NCBI GenBank assembly: GCA_963847705.1
Contig: CAWKBC010000047.1
Coordinates: 160,001-224,000 of the forward strand
Direction of reading: 5' to 3'
Source of the DNA: an uncultured Pseudomonadota bacterium
Lineage (GTDB): Bacteria > Myxococcota_A > Polyangia > Fen-1088
DNA length: 64,000 bases
Positions 48,301-56,990 of this stretch are shown here, one piece after another; positions within the stretch are counted from its first letter, which is position 1; every line of letters begins with the position of its first letter. The notes under the pieces were generated by a model. It was given only the letters and a program-made list of their open reading frames with translations. It had not been told where the DNA came from and made no database searches. Made by a program: the position numbers and the translations under genes.

Positions 48301-48345
48301 CGAATTCCTCCTCCGTCCCTTCGAATTCCTCCTCCGTCCCTTCGA
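48301..48345. repeat. 21-bp tandem duplication CGAATTCCTCCTCCGTCCCTT x2 containing the SD of the 48296 ORF
   Basis: Exact copies at 48301-48321 and 48322-48342. Confidence 0.9.
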
Positions 48346-48542
48346 GAGGGCCGTCGAGGGTGCCCCGGCTGCACGGATCCTTGTCCCGTGCCCGCACGTC
48401 TCGCGCGCGAGCGTTCGAGAAAGCGAGCCCGCCTCCTTGGCGTGGCGACTGAGCCGTTCGAGCCGCGCCCCGTCGCTCCGCACCGGCACCCGCTGACCAG
48501 TGCTCCGCTTGCTGTCCGAAGTACTCCTGGTCGCGATCTTCT

Positions 48543-48749
48543 TCAGTTGACGTCAATGTCGACCGTCTCACCCTGCTTGACCACTTCCGGTTCTAGAGTG
48601 ACGTTGTCGAACAGCCAAAGCGTCAAAAGGACGAGGGTTGCTACCGACCCGAGGGTTAGAAAGGTCAAGAGCATCCTGAGACGCCACCTTCGCCGAGCGC
48701 TACTCTCGACGGTCCGTTGCCGCCTGTTCCTGCTCGTCGACTCTCCCAC
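48543..48749 (-). CDS. Small single-TM hypothetical protein
   Basis: Arg-rich N-terminus then MLLTFLTLGSVATLVLLTLWLF helix; weak SD. Confidence 0.4.
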   Translation of the reverse strand: MGESTSRNRRQRTVESSARRRWRLRMLLTFLTLGSVATLVLLTLWLFDNVTLEPEVVKQGETVDIDVN

Positions 48750-48845
48750 GCGAGTCGACTGTGCCCGCCTCCCTGAGCCGGCGGTATCGGTCGGTTTTCC
48801 GAATCTCGTGTCGGGTTCCGTCCTACACGATGTAGGAGCCCTCGG

Positions 48846-49475
48846 TCAGTCCACCAGGCCCCATGACAGCGCGTATCGAATGAGCTCGGCGTTCGATCGC
48901 AGCCGAGTCTTCTCCAGCAGGCGCGTGCGGTAAGTGCTGATGGTCTTTTCGCTGAGCGACAGCTCGCCGGCGATCTCCTTGACGGTCCGGCCCTTGGCGA
49001 GCATGCGCAGCACCTGCAGCTCGCGATCCGAAAGGGTCTCGTGCGCCCCCGACTGACTGCCTCCGGCCAGCACGTCCACCAGCCGCTCGGCGACCGCCTC
49101 ACTGACATACTTGCCCCCGGCGAGCGCCTTGCGCACGGCGCGCACCAGCTCTTCCACCGCGCAGTCCTTCGTCAGATATCCGCAGGCGCCCGCCCTGAGG
49201 GCACGGACAGCGTACTGCTCCTCGGCGTGCTGGCTCAGGATGAGAACGGGCAGGTCGGGCGCTTCGGCGTGCAGCTGCTTCAGCGCATCCATGCCGCCGC
49301 GCCGGGGCATGCTGATGTCCAGCACGACGAGCTCGAAGGCGCTCTTCCGCGCGTATGACAGCGCCTCCTCGCCCGTCGCGGCTTCGGAGAATTCGGCGTC
49401 ACCGAACGCCTCTCTCAACAGGTCTCGGACCCCCCTGCGAACGAGGGCGTGGTCATCGACGAGGAGCACCTTCAT
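48846..49475 (-). CDS. NarL/FixJ family response regulator (REC + LuxR HTH)
   Basis: VLLVDDH, LDISMP, GYLTK, LSDRELQVL..KEIAGELSLSEKTISTYRTR. Confidence 0.95.
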   Translation of the reverse strand: MKVLLVDDHALVRRGVRDLLREAFGDAEFSEAATGEEALSYARKSAFELVVLDISMPRRGGMDALKQLHAEAPDLPVLILSQHAEEQYAVRALRAGACGYLTKDCAVEELVRAVRKALAGGKYVSEAVAERLVDVLAGGSQSGAHETLSDRELQVLRMLAKGRTVKEIAGELSLSEKTISTYRTRLLEKTRLRSNAELIRYALSWGLVD

Positions 49476-50773
49476 GGACCGCTCGTGGAGGCCCTGGGCA
49501 GGGCCACCCTGGCCACCGAGCCCTTGCCCGGCGCCCCCTCGATGACGAACGTGCCCCCCAGGGCCGTCGCCCGTTCGCGGATGCCGAGAAGGCCAAGCGA
49601 GCGAGCGCTGGTGGACTCGGCCAACACGATGCCGCGCCCGTCATCGCGCACCTCCAGGACCAATGTCGCCTGCGAAGCCTCCAGACGAACCGCGACCCGG
49701 CTGGCCTGGGCATGCCTGGCAATGTTGGTCAGCAGCTCCTGGAATATGCGGAACAAAGCCGTCGCCAGCGGGCCTTCGACGACGAGGTCCGGTCGTGGCG
49801 CGTCCAACGTCACCGTCAGGCCGGAACGTCGCTCGTACTCGCGTGTCTGCCACTCGAGCGCGGACACCAACCCCAAATCGTCGAGCACCGCAGGCCGCAG
49901 GTCGGTCGCAATCCGGCGAACCGTTCCTATCCCCGACTCGATCACCGCTTGCATGGATTCAAGACGTTCGAGGATGTCGGCCCGCGCCGGAACCGACCCC
50001 TTCCGTCCGTCGGCAACCTCCTTGAGGCGGCGCCCGATCCAGGCCACGTCCATCTTCAGGCCCGTGAGCTCCTGGCCCAGCACGTCGTGGATCTCACGCG
50101 CCAGCTGGGTGCGCTCTTCCTCGCGAACCGTCTGCAGGTGAGCCGCCAGCGTCCGCAAGCGGCGCTCGGACGCCGCGAGCTCCAGCGCGATCCGCTTGGC
50201 GCGCAATTCGCTGGCCTTCAGACTGGCGGTGCGGCGCCGAACGCGGTGCTCGAGGTTGCGGTTGGCATCCGCCAGCATGTTCTCGCCTTTTCGGCGAAGG
50301 GTATCGTCGAGCACGAAGCAGACGCATTGGCCGCGGTCCCGATCCAGTAGTGTCGCCCCGATCACGACGGGAACGCGCGACCCATCACGACGCTGATATT
50401 CCTTGAGATAGGGCGCCATGTACCCCAAGCGCCGCAGCTGATCGACGGCTGCGTCGTCGGCGGGCAACCACTCCGGCGGGGTCAGCTGCCGCCACTCGAC
50501 CAGGCCCTGCTCGAGCTCGACTCTGTCGCACCCGACGATGCGCAGGTACTCGTCGTTGGCGTCCAGGATGCGGCCCGTGAAGTCCGCAACGATGAACCCG
50601 ATGGACTTCGACTGAAACAAGGCCTGATAGCGGGACTCACTGGCATTCACCTCGGCCTTGGCCGGACGGTGGTCGGCGTTCCCCGCCTCGAGCGGCGACG
50701 CGCGCTGGTCCTGAGGTCGGTCCCGGTCCGCCGCCCCCGACGCGCTCGCGGCGAAATGATCTCTGCTCGTCAT
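49472..50773 (-). CDS. PAS + HisKA_3 sensor histidine kinase, cognate to the downstream regulator
   Basis: EEERTQLAREIHDVLGQ, LRPAVLDDLGL, QELLTNIARHA, DDGRG, GLLGIRERA; ATGA overlap with the regulator. Confidence 0.93.
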   Translation of the reverse strand: MTSRDHFAASASGAADRDRPQDQRASPLEAGNADHRPAKAEVNASESRYQALFQSKSIGFIVADFTGRILDANDEYLRIVGCDRVELEQGLVEWRQLTPPEWLPADDAAVDQLRRLGYMAPYLKEYQRRDGSRVPVVIGATLLDRDRGQCVCFVLDDTLRRKGENMLADANRNLEHRVRRRTASLKASELRAKRIALELAASERRLRTLAAHLQTVREEERTQLAREIHDVLGQELTGLKMDVAWIGRRLKEVADGRKGSVPARADILERLESMQAVIESGIGTVRRIATDLRPAVLDDLGLVSALEWQTREYERRSGLTVTLDAPRPDLVVEGPLATALFRIFQELLTNIARHAQASRVAVRLEASQATLVLEVRDDGRGIVLAESTSARSLGLLGIRERATALGGTFVIEGAPGKGSVARVALPRASTSGP

Positions 50774-50949
50774 TGCACAACGTTCTCCCACACCGACGGC
50801 CCCCCAACTCGCCGGAGTTTTGATTGTACCGTCGCGCTTCTTTCGCGTCTACGCGTTCCCGCCGACGTTGTCGACGGCCCGCGCGTGGCTGGACGAGAGC
50901 TTCTCGTCGAGCGCCGTCCGGCGTTCGGACACGGCGGCCGTCGTGGCCA

Positions 50950-51170
50950 CGGTCGACGGCGGCGCGCGCCGCGGCCTGGGCCTCGGCGAGCCGGGTGATG
51001 TCGAGCTTGACCGTCAGGAGATTGCCTGACGTTCCGAGGGTGTTGGACAGGCGGACCGTATCGCGGCCCGTGGCCAGCACAGAATGCCCAGCCGCCAGCG
51101 CAGCCTTGGCAATCTCGACCCCCATGCCGCGTCCGGCGCCCGTGATGAACCAGACCTTTTTGCTTTCCAT
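50950..51170 (-). pseudogene. Truncated SDR family oxidoreductase (N-terminal ~74 aa)
   Basis: KVWFITGAGRGMG (TGxxxGxG), LDIT..AAVDR then abrupt loss; no NNAG or YxxxK; divergent from LysR. Confidence 0.8.
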
Positions 51171-51245
51171 GAGCACAGTCTGCGGCCGGGGCCGGCGCGG
51201 AACCATGCTTCACTTTCTTCAAAGACTCGGTAGCCTGGCTACATA

Positions 51246-52268
51246 ATGCATCGCCGCACTTTCGAGTCGCTCACGGCCTTCGCCACGATCGTCGAACGCG
51301 GAAGCTTCGTGCGGGCCGCGGCGCATCTGGGGATCACGCCATCGGCGCTGAGCCAGACGATCCGCGCGCTCGAAGAGGAGCTGGGGGTCCCGCTGCTTCA
51401 TCGCACCACCCGCAGTGTCGGCCCCACGGCGGCGGGTGAGAAGCTGCTCGCGCGGCTGGCCCCGACCTTGCGCGAGCTCGATGCCGCCGTGACGGAGACG
51501 ATTGCCAACCGGGCGGACGGCAAGCCGGCTGGATGGGTTCGCGTCAGCACCTCGAAGGCGGCCTCGGAGATCGTCATCGCGCCCAGGCTGGGGACCTTCC
51601 TGTCCACCTACCCTGACGTGGTGCTCGAGTTGGTGAGCGACGACCGTCTGGTAGACATCGTCGCGGAGCGCTTCGACGCGGGCATTCGCCTCGGTGAGCA
51701 GGTCGTGCGGGACATGGTCGCGGTTCAGATAGGCGGACGCCAGCGGTTGGTGGTCGTGGGAACGCCGAGCTACTTCGCTCGCCACGGGCGCCCTCGGCAA
51801 CCAAAGGACCTGCTCACGCACCGGTGCGTCGTGCACTCCAGGTCGGGTGGCGAGGCTTACCGGTGGGAGCTGGAGAAGGGGGGCCGCGAGCGCCAAATCG
51901 CGGTGACCGGCGCGCTGTTGGAGGACGACCCGCGTATCGCGGAGCTCGCGGTGTTGACCGGCGAGGTGATCGGCTTCGCGTTCGAGGCCCAGGTGGCACC
52001 CCATCTCGCCAGCGGCGCCCTCGAAAGTGTGCTCGATGACTGGTGCCCAAGCTTCCCGGGGTTTCACCTCTACTACCCGAGCCGCCGCCAGGTCACGCCC
52101 GCGCTCCGCGCGTTCATCGACGTCATGAAGGGCGACGCCCAAAGGGAGGACGGCGCTCGTCGACGGAAGCACCAGCGCCCGACCGCTCTGACCATCGACG
52201 ACGTCGAGCGCGACGACACGCGAGCGAAGCAGGCGCTGCGGGGGGAAAGAACCCACCGGCTAAAGTAG
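51246..52268 (+). CDS. LysR family transcriptional regulator (CrgA-like) with an atypical C-terminal tail
   Basis: GSFVRAAAHLGITPSALSQTIRALEEELGVPLLHRTTRS, FDAGIRLGE, LYYPSRRQ. Confidence 0.93.
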   Translation: MHRRTFESLTAFATIVERGSFVRAAAHLGITPSALSQTIRALEEELGVPLLHRTTRSVGPTAAGEKLLARLAPTLRELDAAVTETIANRADGKPAGWVRVSTSKAASEIVIAPRLGTFLSTYPDVVLELVSDDRLVDIVAERFDAGIRLGEQVVRDMVAVQIGGRQRLVVVGTPSYFARHGRPRQPKDLLTHRCVVHSRSGGEAYRWELEKGGRERQIAVTGALLEDDPRIAELAVLTGEVIGFAFEAQVAPHLASGALESVLDDWCPSFPGFHLYYPSRRQVTPALRAFIDVMKGDAQREDGARRRKHQRPTALTIDDVERDDTRAKQALRGERTHRLK

Positions 52269-52551
52269 CCCCTGAGAGGACGAAGTGCGTGAGGTGGCGG
52301 CTCTACAGAAACGGATCTTCTACCGCCGCGACGGACCATGGGTGCGGGCTATCGACCGGCGACGCTGGTCGCTCAGGAGGGGTGCCATCCGGATTGCGAC
52401 GATCTAACAGCGGGCCGGCGCGGGTTGGCCTGCGAAATATTTTCGCAGGCCCCCGGCAGCAACGTGACGCTGCGCATGGCCCGATCGCTCTCATCGCGTG
52501 CGAAGTTTTAACGCATTCCCGATCGCGTCTTCGTGGCACATAGTCGCGCGC

Positions 52552-53025
52552 ATGGCTCAGATGCGGTCCGGCGTCCCGCTGCTCGCGCTGACGGTGGTCC
52601 TGGTGACCGCCGCCTGTAACGGCAGCCCGGGGATCCCGACCTCCGCCCCGTTGGTCTTCCCGGGATCGCCCGCCGCCACGGTGGCGTCCGCCTCCGGTAA
52701 CCTCAGCATCGACGTCTGGTGGTCGCCCGCCCAGCCGATCGTCGGGTACGACGCGACCCAGCTCGCGATCTCGGACGCCAATGGCTCGCCCGTCTCGGGG
52801 CTGGCCCTGACGATTGTTCCCTGGATGCCCGCGCACGGACACGGCGCGTCCGTGGAACCGACGGTCACGGAGATCTCGCCAGGGACGTACGTCGCCACGC
52901 CCATCGATTTCTTCATGGCGGGAGAGTGGGAGCTGCGCACCGCAATCACAAACGCGGCCGACGGCGGTGGCACCGACGCGGCCATGATCGACGACAGCGC
53001 CGCTCCGACCGTCAATGTCCCGTGA
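52552..53025 (+). CDS. YtkA/FixH-like lipoprotein
   Basis: TAAC lipobox; PWMPAHGHGAS and FFMAGEWEL motifs. Confidence 0.75.
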   Translation: MAQMRSGVPLLALTVVLVTAACNGSPGIPTSAPLVFPGSPAATVASASGNLSIDVWWSPAQPIVGYDATQLAISDANGSPVSGLALTIVPWMPAHGHGASVEPTVTEISPGTYVATPIDFFMAGEWELRTAITNAADGGGTDAAMIDDSAAPTVNVP

Positions 53026-53938
53026 GGGTTGGATCGTGGCGAGCGCCATCCTTTTGGTGGGAGCGGCCTGGGCGAGGCCGGCTGCGGCGCAGGCCTGTTG
53101 TGCTGGCGGCGCGCTGGTGAACCCCGCGCGGCTGACGCTGCACGAGGACTACGCCGTGGGCCTGCAGACCCGTGTACGCGACGACCTCGGCTCGTTCGAT
53201 TCGAACGGCCACTACCAGTCCTCCACCACCGAGCAAGACTTCGAGCAAGACCTGGCGGCCTCGTTCCGCCTCACGGAGCGGGCCCAGGCCGGGGTGGTGC
53301 TGCCGCTGGTCGAGACGCGACGGATCGAGTCCCGGGTCCCCACCTGGGGGAGCGGCGTCGGCGATGTCGCGGTCGGCGCGCGCTACGACCTCCTTTTCGC
53401 GACGGAGGCGCTGTATTGGCCGGGAATCGCGTTTCTGGCGAACGTGGTGGTGCCGACCGGCAAGCCGGTGGGAGAAGGGACCAATCCTGCTTCGACGGAC
53501 GCCACCGGCACCGGCACGTACAACGCCACGGTCGGCTTCGACCTGGAGAAGGTACGTGGGCCGCTCTACTTCGCGCTCAACGCCTGGCTCACCTACTGCT
53601 GGAGCCGCACGGTTGTCGTGCCTGGCTCAGCCTCGCTCACCACCTCGTTCCCACTGCAATGGACGCTGCTCGGGGCGGCCGGATACGTCTTCGAGAGCGA
53701 AGCCGCCGTCGGCATCTACGTCAATTTCCTGGACCGCGGCGACAACACGCTCAACGGCGTCCTTCAGTCCGGGACGACACTTCGGCTGACCACGGTGGGC
53801 GTTTCGGGGGTCCTTCCCATTCGCGACGTGTGGCGCGTCCAGGCTTCGCTGTTCAGCGACGTGCTCGTCTCCTCGTTCGGAAGCAATGAGCTTGCGGGCG
53901 CCGGCGCCGCTCTCTCGGTGCTGAGGGTGTGGTGGTGA
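53015..53938 (+). CDS. Probable outer-membrane beta-barrel 'transporter' with an N-terminal Cys-Cys
   Basis: Signal peptide then QACCAGG; SGVGDVAVGARY, VVVPTG, ATGTG motifs of MetA/phenol-degradation-like barrels; ends VWW. Confidence 0.65.
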   Translation: MSREGWIVASAILLVGAAWARPAAAQACCAGGALVNPARLTLHEDYAVGLQTRVRDDLGSFDSNGHYQSSTTEQDFEQDLAASFRLTERAQAGVVLPLVETRRIESRVPTWGSGVGDVAVGARYDLLFATEALYWPGIAFLANVVVPTGKPVGEGTNPASTDATGTGTYNATVGFDLEKVRGPLYFALNAWLTYCWSRTVVVPGSASLTTSFPLQWTLLGAAGYVFESEAAVGIYVNFLDRGDNTLNGVLQSGTTLRLTTVGVSGVLPIRDVWRVQASLFSDVLVSSFGSNELAGAGAALSVLRVWW

Positions 53939-54546
53939 GGAGGGGGACGGCGCCGTCGGGCCGCCTGATTCGTGGTGGTGCGATTGCCCTGTCGGCCTGG
54001 CTGTCGCTGTCGCTGGCGCCGGCGCTCTCCGCGGGCGCCGCGTCGCCGCCTCCCGACGTGGGAGACGCGGTGCTGCGTGACGTGCACGGCGCGACGGTGC
54101 CTCTTGCCGATGTCGTGCGCGCTCACAAGTTCACGGTCGTGACCTTCTATGCAGTGAGCTGTCCCTGCTTTGCGGCGCACGTCGAACGTCTGCGCCAGCT
54201 GGTGTCGGAGCTCACTCCGCAAGGTGTCGGCTTCCTCGTCGTGGATTCGGAACGGCACGCAAAGAGTGATCCTCCCGTCCCTCCCCAGGTGACGCCGGAG
54301 CTGCCGATCTTTCGCGACGAGAATGGCGCGCTGGCGCGCCGACTGGGTGCGAACTACGCGACCGAGTCGTACATCTTGGACGCGGCGGGGCATGTCCGTT
54401 ATCGCGGCGGCGTCGACAGCGACCGAAAATACCTTCGGTCCGACGCGCAGCCTTACCTACGTCAGGCCCTGGCGAAGCTCATCGCCGGCACCGGGCCGGC
54501 GTTCGCCACGACCAAGGCGCTCGGCTGTGCGCTCCGCTTGCTCTGA
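53935..54546 (+). CDS. Exported redoxin (thioredoxin/AhpC-TSA-like)
   Basis: FYAVSCPCF..H, DENGALARRLGA, VRYRGGVD, TKALGCAL; GTGA overlap with the upstream gene. Confidence 0.8.
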   Translation: MRRGTAPSGRLIRGGAIALSAWLSLSLAPALSAGAASPPPDVGDAVLRDVHGATVPLADVVRAHKFTVVTFYAVSCPCFAAHVERLRQLVSELTPQGVGFLVVDSERHAKSDPPVPPQVTPELPIFRDENGALARRLGANYATESYILDAAGHVRYRGGVDSDRKYLRSDAQPYLRQALAKLIAGTGPAFATTKALGCALRLL

Positions 54547-54601
54547 CCGACCGACGTTCCCGCACAGTCAGCGTCACAGAGGACCGAGGGGAGGCCACTC
54601 G

Positions 54602-55045
54602 ATGATCGTGTCACAAATCTGCCACGGGGGACCGCGCGGCCAGATAGGTCCCGTTCTGGCCACGGTCCTGCTCTTGGTCGTCCTCGCTGGTTGCAAGAAA
54701 GCAGACGCCGTCGACTGTACGCCGCCCCCTGCAACTCCGGCGTGCCCCGACGCCGCGCCCAGCTTCGTAGGCGACGTCTACCCGAACGTGTTCGTTCCGG
54801 TCTGCATAACCTGTCACAGCCCCACAGGTGTCGAGCCCAGCATGCCGTTCATGAGCTACCAGCAGATCTATGGATCCGGCGGCAGCGAGGCGAAGGAGAT
54901 CTTCAACCAGGTCTTCGAGTCCTGCCTGATGCCCCCGCCCGGCGCCGCTGTGTCGCTCACCGACGACCAGCGGCAGCTGCTGCTCGACTGGTTCGCATGC
55001 GGTGCACCAGACAGCGCGTCCCTCGATGGGGGGACGCGCGACTGA
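54602..55045 (+). CDS. Monoheme c-type cytochrome lipoprotein
   Basis: LAGC lipobox, PSFVGDV, CITCH (CxxCH), LMPP, LLDWFACGAP; GGAGG SD. Confidence 0.75.
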   Translation: MIVSQICHGGPRGQIGPVLATVLLLVVLAGCKKADAVDCTPPPATPACPDAAPSFVGDVYPNVFVPVCITCHSPTGVEPSMPFMSYQQIYGSGGSEAKEIFNQVFESCLMPPPGAAVSLTDDQRQLLLDWFACGAPDSASLDGGTRD

Positions 55046-55047
55046 CC

Positions 55048-55737
55048 TCAAGGGACGTTGATGAAGAACGCTGCGTGACCGTGCGGCGAATCGTCCGGAG
55101 CGTCGGAGCACTCCTCGAAGAGGTGGAACCGTTCCGTCCAGGTCCCGGCAGCGTCGAAAACGATCGGACCGACCTTGTAGACACCGGGCGCTATCTCGGG
55201 CGCCGGTTGGGCAGGCGCCGGCACGCCGTGGGTGAGGCTCAGCGAGGTGTCGGCGCGAATTCCCGCACAATGCACCGGTTGCATGTCGGCGAGACGAAGA
55301 GCCGTGACCGTGAAATAGGTGTCGGCGTTCTCCTTGATCGGCGTGGCGACCCAGCTCACGTAGTACTTGCAGTCGTCGTCGTTGCCCGCCGCGCCGTACA
55401 TGGTGGCTCCGTAGTCGCTGGTCGCAGCCGCATCGGTGCCACCAGCGTCGACGTCGTTGCTCCCGGTGCTTGTGTCACTGGCGAAGGTGACCGGCGAACA
55501 GGTGCTGGTAACGGACGGCACACTGGCCGGGTCGATCACCTCGCACACACCAACCGTCTGCACCATCCACCCGCCGTCGGCGCTCGCACAGTGGCTATCG
55601 AGCGGACCGAGGACCACGCCGCTCGGCGTGTCAGCGACGCTGCCGCTGGTGGTGTTGCTGCTGCTGCAGGCGGCGGACAACGCCACCGCCCAGAGGACCG
55701 AATGGATACCGAACCGCCAGGACGCCGATTGCAGCAT
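55048..55737 (-). CDS. Cys/His-rich lipoprotein with a YtkA-like Ig domain
   Basis: SAAC lipobox; DDDCKY, PGVYKVGPIVFDAAGTWTERFH, CSD..SPHGHAAFFINVP. Confidence 0.7.
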   Translation of the reverse strand: MLQSASWRFGIHSVLWAVALSAACSSSNTTSGSVADTPSGVVLGPLDSHCASADGGWMVQTVGVCEVIDPASVPSVTSTCSPVTFASDTSTGSNDVDAGGTDAAATSDYGATMYGAAGNDDDCKYYVSWVATPIKENADTYFTVTALRLADMQPVHCAGIRADTSLSLTHGVPAPAQPAPEIAPGVYKVGPIVFDAAGTWTERFHLFEECSDAPDDSPHGHAAFFINVP

Positions 55738-55956
55738 TGTGCCTCTCCTCTTGGAAGGCACAGTAATCGTCTTCGGCTCACTCGGCGCTGTGTAAAATTT
55801 TCGCAGCGCCGTTCTCTGAATTGATCCGCCTGGGGCTCGCTCCGATGTGGCGCAGAATTCCTCTGCCGAGCGCTCGAGGGTTGGTGTCCCCGTCGTCGCG
55901 GCAGGGAGCGAAGGGGTTGGATGTTTCCATGATGCCCGATCCCGCCCGCCACCCTC

Positions 55957-56952
55957 TCATGGCCGGGTCGCAACGTCCGCGCCCAGCGGCGCTGGACCCA
56001 CACCAGCGGGGCTGCCCGGGCCGAACTTCGCCGCCAACCAATCGAAGACGGTCGCCTGCCAGAGGCTGGGCGCGCCCACCTGGCAATGCTCGGCACCGCC
56101 GGAGGCGCGGTCATATACGACCGCGGTCACGCTGCGCGTGAGTCAGACTCTGTTTGAACGCCTCGACCTGTTCGATCGGTACGAAGTGGTCCTCGGCGCC
56201 GGCCAATATCAGCACGTCACCGCGGATCTGTCCGGCGACGGGCGCCAGGTCGTAGGGCTTGAATGCTTCCAGGACCGAAAAGCGGTCGGTCTGACCCAGC
56301 GTCCACATTCCGTTTTGCTGCGCCCACTTCGATCCAGGGGTCCCGTTCCGCTCGGCGAGGAGGTTCAGGAGGCCGTCGAAATGATGACGGTGCAGCGTGA
56401 AGGCGAAGCCGGGGACGTGGCGTGTCGCGACGGCGTAGCCGTCGAAGTACTCGTCGAAGGCGATGACACCGTCGATGCGGGGCTCGAAAGCGGCTGCGCG
56501 CGGCGCGAAATATCCGCCCAGGCTGACGCCCATGATGACCATGTGGGCCGGCTTCGGGTGCCCGGCCAGGAACGCGTCGAGCACCGCCGCGTTGGGCTTT
56601 TCCCACTCGGGCGTCATGGTCAGCCCCTGCTCGCGGAGCACCGCCCCCTGGCCTGGCCCCTCGTACGTCAACACCGAGTAGCCACGTCGATAGGCCGGAA
56701 CCACCACCTGGGTGTACAGCTCTTCCATCGTCCCGTCGTAGCCATTGACGACGACAAGCAGCGGCCTCGCCCCGGCGCCCGCGGGCCCCGGATAGTGGAC
56801 GGCGTTCAGAGATGGTGCTGGGGACCGTAGGGCGCTTTGATGCGCTCGTAATGGACGGCCAGCGCGTCGAGCCCCGAATAGAACGCTCCGACATTCTTCT
56901 TCCACGATTCCGGCCGCCTGGAATCGTGCGGATCAAGGAAGAACTCCGCCGT
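55957..56952 (-). pseudogene. Alpha/beta hydrolase (FrsA/dihydropseudooxynicotine hydrolase-like), 5'-truncated with two frameshifts
   Basis: TAEFFLDPHD..HH, then a +2 slip near 56810 into LNAVHYPG..GYDGTMEE..GPGQG..GVSLGG..EDHF, then a -2 slip near 56134 into SVTAVVYDRASGGAEHCQVGA..FDWL. Confidence 0.85.
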
Positions 56953-56990
56953 GCCCGACGACGTGCGTCCCCCGTAGACGCCCGAGCAGG

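Noticed and set aside
17320-48345. Direct repeats at 17320 and 48301 as CRISPR arrays
   Set aside because: Only two copies each, with 3-nt or no spacer, and no cas genes; the shared CCTCCGTC core is too short to link them.
52269-52551. Riboswitch or ncRNA upstream of the YtkA-like cluster
   Set aside because: No recognisable conserved aptamer motif by eye; an Infernal/Rfam scan would be needed.
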